Of a DNA stretch of 25,285 bases, positions 7,515 to 15,158 are shown one piece after another. This DNA comes from a virus. Lineage: Duplodnaviria; Heunggongvirae; Uroviricota; Caudoviricetes. Made by a program: the position numbers and the translations under genes. Below the pieces are notes generated by a model. It saw only the letters and a list, made by a program, of their open reading frames with translations. It did no database searches and was not told where the DNA came from. Within the stretch, counting starts at the first letter, position 1. Every line of letters begins with the position of its first letter. The DNA lies in the IMG/VR virus record IMGVR_UViG_3300031420_000399, one strand, 5' to 3'.

Positions 7515-8669
7515 ATGGCAACGAAGAAACGCTACAGCCTGACAAGCCCTCCGACCTTTGCTCCTGATGCACGACAGTGGGCCGACTCTTTCCGGCCAGG
7601 TCCCGGAGATGCTGAGGCTCACATCGACTCTCTGGGAACCCCGCTTTCGAATCACTGCATCTTCTGCGGACACGAGAGCGATGGGGATCCGCGGGATCAT
7701 ATCTTCCCCACATCTAAGGGAGGTCTCACCGTCCCCGGCAACATGCTTCGGACATGCCCCAAGTGCAACTTTGGCCGGCAGAACATTTCAGTGATCGACT
7801 TCTGGCGTCGGCAGGATCCAGCTACGCGCTGGTACAAGGATGAGAAGAGTTTCTTCGAGGCCTTCGAGCGACTCGTGGCGCCATTCAAGCGCGATTATCC
7901 TGAGCACTACGAGAGAGCTATGGCTATCCAGGAGGGTTCCCAGTCTGCCCTTGAGGAGCTCTACCGCATCGTTGCTGAGTATCAGTCAACGCTGCCTCGC
8001 TTCGAGTTCTTCTCAGATCAAAAGTCTGTGGCCAAGGGTCTCGAGGAGTTCTACCTGAAGACTGAGGGTTCCAAGCGGTCCCTGGACAACGCTTCTGCCT
8101 TTGCCAAGCTCAGCTCCCGAAATGACAGCTTTGCCCAGGCTGTAGTAAGGATTGCTGACAGCGCATCGGGCTCGAAGAGCACACAGCAGACCTTCCGCTC
8201 CAATGTGGCTCGCGCTGCTTTGGCCGCTGAGAAGTGCATCGACTTCGAAGCGAAGAAGTCCCAGCAGAAGAAGCAGCTGAAGCTCATGCTCACTGAGGCA
8301 AAGTCTGGAGGGGTAGTGACTCCCTACCGTAAGCTCTTCGAAGGATTGGGTAAGAAGCACAAGCACCTTGCTACCGTAGCTGCAGAAAAGGAGAGGGAGC
8401 TCAACAGAGAGGCATCAGCTGCTCAGACTAAGCTCCGCCAGGAAGCGCGCTTGACCATGGAGAACTTCCTCGAAGGTAAGCTCAAGGAAGTCACACCCAG
8501 AGATTCTCAGATGCTCGACTACGGCTTTGGCCACCCGAAGACCAATCGACTCGCTATCTTTGAGCGAGGCATCGATGAAGTCGCTTCTGGAAGAATTCAG
8601 TACCCCCAGGGCTACACTCCGAATGCAAAGGCTCGAGAGGCCATCAAGAGGCGCAGAACTCTGAGCTGA
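7515..8669 (+). CDS. HNH endonuclease domain protein with a long basic/helical C-terminal extension, 384 aa
   Basis: CIFCG...DHIFPTSKGG...GNMLRTCPKCN is the CxxC-HNH-CxxC (McrA/HNH_5-like) signature. AAGGA RBS. Confidence 0.85.
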   Translation: MATKKRYSLTSPPTFAPDARQWADSFRPGPGDAEAHIDSLGTPLSNHCIFCGHESDGDPRDHIFPTSKGGLTVPGNMLRTCPKCNFGRQNISVIDFWRRQDPATRWYKDEKSFFEAFERLVAPFKRDYPEHYERAMAIQEGSQSALEELYRIVAEYQSTLPRFEFFSDQKSVAKGLEEFYLKTEGSKRSLDNASAFAKLSSRNDSFAQAVVRIADSASGSKSTQQTFRSNVARAALAAEKCIDFEAKKSQQKKQLKLMLTEAKSGGVVTPYRKLFEGLGKKHKHLATVAAEKERELNREASAAQTKLRQEARLTMENFLEGKLKEVTPRDSQMLDYGFGHPKTNRLAIFERGIDEVASGRIQYPQGYTPNAKAREAIKRRRTLS

Positions 8670-8714
8670 CCTTTCGTCACCAGATTCACACAGACTGAGA
8701 GAAAGAAGAACACC

Positions 8715-8864
8715 ATGGCCAACGGCGAGAACGACATGACCATCCAGGACTGGGCAGAGCTCGACCGGCTCTGTCGCAAGGCTGCCTGGGACTCGACCTC
8801 CACGGAGCAGTCCAAGGAGATCCTCCTCAATGTATCCGCCTACGCGAGCCGTAGGAACCACTGA
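8715..8864 (+). CDS. Small hypothetical protein, 49 aa (not in the supplied ORF track)
   Basis: MANGENDMTIQDWAELDRLCRKAAWDSTSTEQSKEILLNVSAYASRRNH*. Purine-rich leader (GAGAGAAAGAAG), and a TGATG stop-start overlap with 8864. Confidence 0.65.
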   Translation: MANGENDMTIQDWAELDRLCRKAAWDSTSTEQSKEILLNVSAYASRRNH

Positions 8865-9172
8865 TGGCTGAGAGCCCTGAAGCTCAGAAGACCGGTGAGC
8901 GACCACTGATCCATATCTGTGAGGTCTGTGGTGTCGAGGAGATCATCACTCCCAGTGATGCCTTTAACGGGGGCTGGGACTACCCTCCGCGCATGGGTCA
9001 TTTCGGGGTGATTTCACCGCGAACCTGTGGAAGCTGCCCCATGGATGGTACTGTCTACTGGGCACTGATGTTCGAGAAGAAGTCGGTCACCGAGCTCAGC
9101 GATAGCCAACTCAAGGTCATCGAGCGCATTCAGGCAGAACCCGAGAGCATCCTTCCGAAAGAGGCCCCATGA
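8864..9172 (+). CDS. Small Cys-rich (putative Zn-binding) hypothetical protein, 102 aa
   Basis: CEVCG...GWDYPPRMG...CGSCP. Coupled to both neighbours (TGATG and ATGA overlaps). Confidence 0.75.
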   Translation: MAESPEAQKTGERPLIHICEVCGVEEIITPSDAFNGGWDYPPRMGHFGVISPRTCGSCPMDGTVYWALMFEKKSVTELSDSQLKVIERIQAEPESILPKEAP

Positions 9173-10002
9173 GAACCATCGAGAACGACATCCCAGCAGA
9201 GCTCGTCGAGCTCGCTGAAGAGGCAATGGGCCTGGGACTCCACTCAGTCAACCTGGGCTTCCAGTACATGGGATCGGACTTCGTCAGCCCCATCGAGTGG
9301 TCCCTGTCCCTCCACAAGATCGAGCCGGACAATCGATCCACAGCTCGCAGCTGGCTGAGCTTCACCGCCATGCGGGGAGACGACGGGCCGACGGCCTACA
9401 TCCCCAGCGAAGACCCGGCAGACTGGGGTGGAGGAAGCTACTGGAACATCGACCAGGTTCGCGAGTGGCTTCAGTGGCCCATCGAGGCCAACCCCGATGA
9501 GAAGTACAGCCAGTCCTGGAGCCCGGCTACGGACCCTGAGCTCCGAGAGTACTTCCTTCAGCAGTGGTCCCTCTTCATCGAGGGCGCTCGCAGCGGATGG
9601 ACCATGGAGCGCAAGGTCAACTGGCGCACCATGGACATCTTCAACGGGAGCCGGGCTGAGAGGGGCGAAGAGCTCGATCGGTTCCCCGGTCTCTCCCTGG
9701 GCTGGGAGGCCAGCAACAGCTTCTACAACATGGACGGTCACCCCGCCAATCGGGATACCGGTGCTCCCGTCTCTATCGGGAGCTGGAGCATGCTGAATCA
9801 CGGTGAGGAAGAAGAGTTCTTCCGGAAGACCGTGAGGCCCGAGAAGATCAGCAGGGATGTGGTGGAGGCAGAGCTGAGCTCTACCGCTCCCTGGTTCGTC
9901 CGGGTTGCTGTCAACGATGAGGAGAATGAGCAGTGGCTCCACTATCCGGAGGCGCTCCAGGATCCCGACGAAACGGTGCAGGAAGCACCGGCTCAGAAGT
10001 AG
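9169..10002 (+). CDS. Hypothetical Trp-rich protein, 277 aa
   Basis: ATGA overlap with the upstream gene and element-typical codon usage. No family recognised. Confidence 0.8.
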   Translation: MRTIENDIPAELVELAEEAMGLGLHSVNLGFQYMGSDFVSPIEWSLSLHKIEPDNRSTARSWLSFTAMRGDDGPTAYIPSEDPADWGGGSYWNIDQVREWLQWPIEANPDEKYSQSWSPATDPELREYFLQQWSLFIEGARSGWTMERKVNWRTMDIFNGSRAERGEELDRFPGLSLGWEASNSFYNMDGHPANRDTGAPVSIGSWSMLNHGEEEEFFRKTVRPEKISRDVVEAELSSTAPWFVRVAVNDEENEQWLHYPEALQDPDETVQEAPAQK

Positions 10003-10025
10003 CAAGAGGCCGGAGGTAACAGACC

Positions 10026-10628
10026 ATGGCAACAGCTAAGAAAACCCAGAGAAAGCGCCGGGCGCTCCTCATCGTGGATGTCCAGGAGGACTTCGTGGAG
10101 GGCGGTAGCCTCGGAGTCGATGGAGGTCGGGAGCTCGCTGAGCGCATTGCTGTTGATCTCCTGCCTTCAGATTGCCCCTACGATCTGATCGTCACGACTC
10201 AGGACTGGCACATCGATCCGGGAACACACTTCTCTGATCAGCCAGACTTCGTTTCGAGCTGGCCGGTTCACTGCGTGGCCGGAAGCTCAGGTGCTGAGAT
10301 TCTCCCCGCGATCACTGACGCGCTGAAGCTCATTTCGACTCCCCAGGACAGGATCCTCAAGGGTCAGTACGAGGATGCCTACAGTGGATTCATGGGCGCC
10401 AACGGCTACGGCGATACGCTCGCTCAGGTTCTCAATGAGAGCGACATCGAGCGCGTGGATGTGGTGGGCATCGCCTCTGACCACTGCGTGGCTGCCACGG
10501 CCAGAGATTCAGCTGCAGAGGGATTCAGAACACGGGTGCTCAAGGACTACACAGTCGGCATCGATTCGAAGAGGATCGACGCGATCTACGATGTCGAGCT
10601 CCCCGGGCTAGGAATCAAGGTAGCATAG
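10026..10628 (+). CDS. pncA: Nicotinamidase/pyrazinamidase, 200 aa
   Basis: LIVDVQEDF..GGSL (catalytic Asp), TQDWH, WPVHCV.GS.GA (metal ligands), KGQYEDAYSGF (catalytic Lys), GIASDHCV (catalytic Cys). GGAGG RBS. Confidence 0.95.
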   Translation: MATAKKTQRKRRALLIVDVQEDFVEGGSLGVDGGRELAERIAVDLLPSDCPYDLIVTTQDWHIDPGTHFSDQPDFVSSWPVHCVAGSSGAEILPAITDALKLISTPQDRILKGQYEDAYSGFMGANGYGDTLAQVLNESDIERVDVVGIASDHCVAATARDSAAEGFRTRVLKDYTVGIDSKRIDAIYDVELPGLGIKVA

Positions 10629-10630
10629 GG

Positions 10631-10652
10631 GTGAAACCGATAGTGGTTTCAC
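10631..10652. repeat. Perfect inverted repeat GTGAAACC-N6-GGTTTCAC
   Basis: 8-bp arms with a GATAGT spacer, immediately after the pncA stop, with no U-tract. Confidence 0.6.
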
Positions 10653-10671
10653 ATCGATCTAAGGAAGCACA

Positions 10672-10989
10672 ATGAGAGCTCGTCGCGGTGGGCAGTTCGC
10701 AGACTTCATCGAGGCCATGCGCTACCCTCTCATCCGGAGACTCATTCTCTTCCCTATGGTGACTATGACTTCAGGTTTGCTGATTCTGTTCGCGGGCTGG
10801 ATCCTACGGGTAACGCTGAATCCGATCACCCGACCAGACTACGACTGGAAGCTCGGTCTTGTGTTCGCGGGGCTCTGGCTCTTGGGGCTGATCATAGGCA
10901 TAGTCGGTGGCGTCAAGCTGAAGCGTGGCGTGAGCAAGCTCAACAGGATCTTAGAAGCCATCGAGCGAGAGGAGACCAGTGGCAGTTGA
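10672..10989 (+). CDS. Small membrane protein, 105 aa, two TM helices
   Basis: Hydrophobic segments LILFPMVTMTSGLLILFAGWIL and LGLVFAGLWLLGLIIGIVGGV. AAGGA RBS. Confidence 0.75.
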   Translation: MRARRGGQFADFIEAMRYPLIRRLILFPMVTMTSGLLILFAGWILRVTLNPITRPDYDWKLGLVFAGLWLLGLIIGIVGGVKLKRGVSKLNRILEAIEREETSGS

Positions 10990-11176
10990 AAACGAACTCA
11001 CCGAATCTCCCTGGGATAGTCCTGACCCGAGCTATAAGCTCGTCCCTCCGGTGAATCCCAAGAGCGGAGAGCCAGTGGAGCTCTATGTCTGTCGATCCTG
11101 CGGTGGGGCTGTGGTTGGAAGAAAGCTCCACTCCAGGTGGCACCGAGAGCAGTCGGGCAGAAGGAGCTGGCCATGA
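10979..11176 (+). CDS. Small putative Zn-finger protein, 65 aa
   Basis: GTG start overlapping the upstream gene. CRSCGG...H..WH (C2H2-like). Confidence 0.55.
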   Translation: MAVENELTESPWDSPDPSYKLVPPVNPKSGEPVELYVCRSCGGAVVGRKLHSRWHREQSGRRSWP

Positions 11177-11235
11177 GCCCGAAGATTTCCAGCGACACAG
11201 CATCACCTACACAGCTAGCGTAAGGAAGCACACCT

Positions 11236-13701
11236 ATGGCCAACGGAGATGACCAAGAGGTCACTGAGATCACTCCCGAAGAAAGCCAGAAGCTCAGAGA
11301 GCTCACTGACTCCATCGTGGAGACAACCGCAACGGAGGACCTCCACAGTGACATCCTCGAGCTCGCAGAGCCCGTTGTGGCTCTCGCTCGCAGCCTGGAG
11401 ACTTCTTCGAGGATGGCAGAAAGCCGCCACGGGCTCGAGGGAGCAGGCTGGGATTCCTTCGAGGTCTATCTGATCTTGAGCAACCTCATCGAAGACCTTC
11501 TCCTCACGGAGGATGAGCTCGAAGATGACAAGGCCGACGAGGTCGAAGGCCTCATCAGAACCAGGGCAGCGAGCTACAATGTGCCCCTGGCAGCGAGCGG
11601 AGAATCTGCTCCGCCTGTAGCCGACTTCGAGATCGACCGCATCTATGAAGCCCTCGCCCAGCGCATCGAGGATCTCGACAGGTCGATCGCCAGCCAGGAA
11701 CTCCTAGAGCTCTTCGGCGAAAAGCCCGCTCCAGACTTCGTCATCGAAGGCCGCGAGAATAGCTGGGCTGATCCGGCCGTAGTTGAGGCTGCCACCAACT
11801 TCTACCTCGGCTCAGTGAGCCCCGGGAGGCTCCGTGAGCTCATCGGAGAGGAAGCCGAAGAGCTCGCCAACAGCCCCGTGACGATCGGCTCGGCATCCTG
11901 GGACCTCCTCCCCGAGGACCTCAAGGCTATCCCGGACTACCTCGTTGAAAAGCTCAGCAGCCTTGGCCTGGGAGGTATTCACATCGGAACGGCTACTTCA
12001 CAGGACGATGAGCCAGTGTTCTGGGACATCGCCGACGAGTCCGGCACTGATTCGCTAGAGGACGATCTAAGCCCTCAGGAACCTGAGACGGACACGACCG
12101 ACGAAGGTGAGTGGGACCTCGCTGAGATCGCGCCAGGTGACGAGCTAGAGGATGATGGTGACTTTGCTCTGGGCTCCGGTGACGATTTCCAGGGAAACCA
12201 TGGCCACGATCACGGCTCCAACGGCCATGTGCATCAGATCCTCGACGGGGAACTCCGGGGACTCGACGACTACGACGGTGAACCGGCCAACGAGCTTGAG
12301 ACCGCGACCTTGGCGCTCATCGCAGAGGGTTTGATCTACGCTGAGCTCTCTGAGATCTTCCTCCAGGACCTGGTAGCAGAGGCCGATCCGCTGATCCTTC
12401 AGGCCCGGTCCCGTGGCTCAGACTGGTGGCTCACGAGCGAGGCCACCATGGCTGTTGCAGACCTGGTTTCTCAGGTGCTCCTTGCAACTGACTGGCCTCG
12501 CGATCTTTCCTCCGCAGAGGTTCTCGCTCACCGGGAAGAGCTCCAGAAGAGGGCTGCGATCTACCCCCTGGACCCGGAGCCCGAAGCTCCCACCAGAGCA
12601 GAGTCCCTTGGGGTTCCCTCGGTCAGCGAGCGATTCGACTTTCTCCGGAGAGAACGAGGAGAACGCACAGCGAACTCGCTCGTCGAGTCGGAGCTCAACG
12701 ATCTGAAGAACGCAGTGACAGGTCACCTCGGCTCCAACCCCACTGCCTTCCTCATCGAGGACCTCGGCGAGCTCCTCTCCGACGAACAGCTTGAGCGAGG
12801 CAGAACCTACGGGATCAGCCGGGCGCTTTGGAGGGAGATCTGGGCCCTCGGGGTTGAGCTCCTCCTCGGCATCGAAGCTGAGAGCGAAACGCTTCAGCCC
12901 AGGCTCGACGGAGCCCAGAGGTCAGCGCTGAATGCAGCTGCTCAGAGCTATCGAACCGACGAGTACACCGAGGAAGAGTTCCTCAAGCACTACGACTCCT
13001 CCCGTTGGCCCTCCTTCGGAGTGACGGTTGACCTGAGCATCTTCACCATCCGGGATGGGAAGCTTCAGGTGCTCCTCATCGAGCGGGGCAACCACCCCGA
13101 GAAGGGCAAGTGGGCACTCCCTGGAGGCTTCGTCAATCCCGATGAGTCTCTAGATCGGGCAGTCCGCCGGGAGCTCCAGGAAGAGACGGGTGTCGACCTC
13201 GAGGCTACCGGCTACCTTGAGCAGGTAAAGAGCTACGGCTACCCAGGTCGTGATCCCCGGGGATCTGTGGTCTCCACGCTCTACGCGGCACTGATCCCGA
13301 ACGATTACCTCCCCGAGCCAGAGGCTGCGGATGATGCCGCCAAGGCTCGTTTCGTTCCCGTGGAGGAAGCCCAGAGCAGCGGCTACACTCTTGCCTTCGA
13401 CCATGAGATGCTCCTCAGGGATGCGCTCCTCCGAATCCGCTCCAAGATCGAGTATTCGCCAGTGGTCTTCGATTTCCTCGACACGGAGCCCTTCACCATC
13501 GAAGAGCTTCGAGCTGTCTATGAGGCCGTCTGGGGCATGCAGATCCTCCCCTCTGATTTCAGGAGAAGGATCAGCCAGGCCCAGGGCGCACTGATCCCCG
13601 TTCCCAATGCCCGCGGCGAGGAGCCCCGCTGGTTCCGGGGCACGGCGAATCGCTTCTTCCCGCCCCTCGACATCCTCGAAGTTGAGTTCGTTCGGGAGTA
13701 G
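11236..13701 (+). CDS. NrtR-type Nudix hydrolase-winged helix protein fused to a ~590-aa acidic N-terminal region, 821 aa
   Basis: C-terminal ~230 aa: VTVDLSIFT, WALPGGFV, intact Nudix box GFVNPDESLDRAVRRELQEETGV, GRDPRG, LAFDH, and FTIEELRAVYEAVWG....SDFRRRI (NrtR-like wHTH). AAGGA RBS. Confidence 0.85.
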   Translation: MANGDDQEVTEITPEESQKLRELTDSIVETTATEDLHSDILELAEPVVALARSLETSSRMAESRHGLEGAGWDSFEVYLILSNLIEDLLLTEDELEDDKADEVEGLIRTRAASYNVPLAASGESAPPVADFEIDRIYEALAQRIEDLDRSIASQELLELFGEKPAPDFVIEGRENSWADPAVVEAATNFYLGSVSPGRLRELIGEEAEELANSPVTIGSASWDLLPEDLKAIPDYLVEKLSSLGLGGIHIGTATSQDDEPVFWDIADESGTDSLEDDLSPQEPETDTTDEGEWDLAEIAPGDELEDDGDFALGSGDDFQGNHGHDHGSNGHVHQILDGELRGLDDYDGEPANELETATLALIAEGLIYAELSEIFLQDLVAEADPLILQARSRGSDWWLTSEATMAVADLVSQVLLATDWPRDLSSAEVLAHREELQKRAAIYPLDPEPEAPTRAESLGVPSVSERFDFLRRERGERTANSLVESELNDLKNAVTGHLGSNPTAFLIEDLGELLSDEQLERGRTYGISRALWREIWALGVELLLGIEAESETLQPRLDGAQRSALNAAAQSYRTDEYTEEEFLKHYDSSRWPSFGVTVDLSIFTIRDGKLQVLLIERGNHPEKGKWALPGGFVNPDESLDRAVRRELQEETGVDLEATGYLEQVKSYGYPGRDPRGSVVSTLYAALIPNDYLPEPEAADDAAKARFVPVEEAQSSGYTLAFDHEMLLRDALLRIRSKIEYSPVVFDFLDTEPFTIEELRAVYEAVWGMQILPSDFRRRISQAQGALIPVPNARGEEPRWFRGTANRFFPPLDILEVEFVRE

Positions 13702-13719
13702 CCTGCGGGATATCCGGCT

Positions 13720-13765
13720 GGGCCGGGAGGGAAGATGTCAGAGCCTTTCCTCCCGGCCCTCTCTC
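13720..13765 (+). terminator. Terminator-like hairpin after the NrtR-like gene
   Basis: GGGCCGGGAGG-GAAG...CTTT-CCTCCCGGCCC forms a ~15-bp stem with a pyrimidine tail (TCTCTCGTT). Confidence 0.65.
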
Positions 13766-13829
13766 GTTAGGATAGCTTGGATCTTCCTACGAGGGGCTGC
13801 TAGAGCTGTGGCCCATGAAAGGCTCCACC

Positions 13830-14336
13830 ATGGCAACTCCATCCCACGAGATCTTCCGGCTCTTCGCCGAGCCGACCGTCGAGCTAGCTGAGGCTCGCAT
13901 GACCGATGAGTTCAAGCGTCTCCTTGAGGAACAGGGCGACTTCCTCGCCCTAGCGCTCAGCAAAAGCGGAAGAACTCGCTTTAGTGTGCGGGACGGAAAG
14001 CTCGACTCCACCTTTGGTCGCTACGAGAGCCCGTTCCCCCAGGATGTCTTCTCCGGCGAGCAGGGAACAGGCCTTCTTCGCCACAACCCCAACTTCTTCG
14101 TGGTCTATGATCTCGCCGAACTCATCGAAGCTGGGATCAGCAAGAACGACCTCTACGACATCTCCAGGCTCAATGACCTGGGCCTTGGGCTCGTGCTGGG
14201 CTATGCCAGAGAGTCAAGGGAGACCGCCTCTGAGCGCTCGATTCTCTTGGCTGACTTCTTCGTAGAGGCGCTGAAGTCGGGCAATCAAGCAACCGTAGCC
14301 AAGACAGTAGAGTTCATCCGCGCAGACTGGAGCTGA
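13830..14336 (+). CDS. Hypothetical protein, 168 aa
   Basis: GAAAGG RBS places the start at 13830 (MATPSHE...). The stop is 4 nt before nucS, which suggests an operon. Confidence 0.75.
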   Translation: MATPSHEIFRLFAEPTVELAEARMTDEFKRLLEEQGDFLALALSKSGRTRFSVRDGKLDSTFGRYESPFPQDVFSGEQGTGLLRHNPNFFVVYDLAELIEAGISKNDLYDISRLNDLGLGLVLGYARESRETASERSILLADFFVEALKSGNQATVAKTVEFIRADWS

Positions 14337-14340
14337 TCCC

Positions 14341-15036
14341 ATGCGAGTCATCATCGCCGAGTGCTCAGCAGTCTACTCAGGTAGAGGTGCAAGTACCCTG
14401 TCCCGGGGAATGCGCGCTATCTTCATCAAGAGTGACGGCTCAGTTTCGATCCACAATGACAATTCCAACAAGCCCCTGAACTACATGAAGACCGCTTCCC
14501 AGACGGAGACGGTCAACAGCGATGGGGAACAGGTCTGGACCTTCGATGCCCGCCATGAGACCCTGGAGATCACCATCCATGAGTCCATCGGCTTCTTCGA
14601 GCAGCAGCTCCTCGACAAGGGTACTGAGCCAGGCCTCAAGGTCGACGGTACTGAGGCCCAGCTTCAGCAGTGGCTCTTCGAGAATCCCGACCGGCTCGGC
14701 ACCGGCATCGTCACCCTTCAGCGAGAGTTCCAGACCGGCGCTGGTGCCGTGGATATCCTCGCAATCGGCCCCGACGGTCACCCCATCGCCGTTGAGATCA
14801 AGCGCACGGCCCCGACTGCAACTGCTGATCAGGTTCGCCGCTATGTGGAGAACATGCGAGTGCTCCCGCCTGCGAACTTCCCCCATCCCCACACTGGTGA
14901 GATCCTTGAGCTGGACTTCACGAAGACCACTGGGATGATCGCTGCCCTTGATCTTCGACCTAAGCTCGTCGACCTTGCCGCCAAGCGTGGAGTTCCGGCC
15001 ATCGAAGTTCCCGCCTATTGGAAGCTCGACAGTTGA
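14341..15036 (+). CDS. nucS: Mismatch-specific endonuclease NucS/EndoMS homologue, 231 aa
   Basis: MRVIIAECSAVYSGR, IKSDGSVSIH, KPLNYM, GL..DG.EAQLQ, REFQTGAGAVDIL, AVEIKR, DQVRRY match the actinobacterial NucS N-domain and RecB-like catalytic motifs. Confidence 0.9.
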   Translation: MRVIIAECSAVYSGRGASTLSRGMRAIFIKSDGSVSIHNDNSNKPLNYMKTASQTETVNSDGEQVWTFDARHETLEITIHESIGFFEQQLLDKGTEPGLKVDGTEAQLQQWLFENPDRLGTGIVTLQREFQTGAGAVDILAIGPDGHPIAVEIKRTAPTATADQVRRYVENMRVLPPANFPHPHTGEILELDFTKTTGMIAALDLRPKLVDLAAKRGVPAIEVPAYWKLDS

Positions 15037-15050
15037 TTTCACATATTGCA

Positions 15051-15059
15051 TGCTACGAT
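15051..15059 (+). promoter_or_regulatory. Extended -10 element (TG-C-TACGAT)
   Basis: TGnTAnnnT in the AT-rich intergenic region upstream of the GH16 gene. Confidence 0.4.
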
Positions 15060-15158
15060 ATGGCGCTGGGCCAATAGCTAGAGCCGGTTCACGGACGAGT
15101 GGCCTATGCTTTGGGACTAGCAGAATGCGTGAATTCGATCCGATGAGGGATGCCCACC

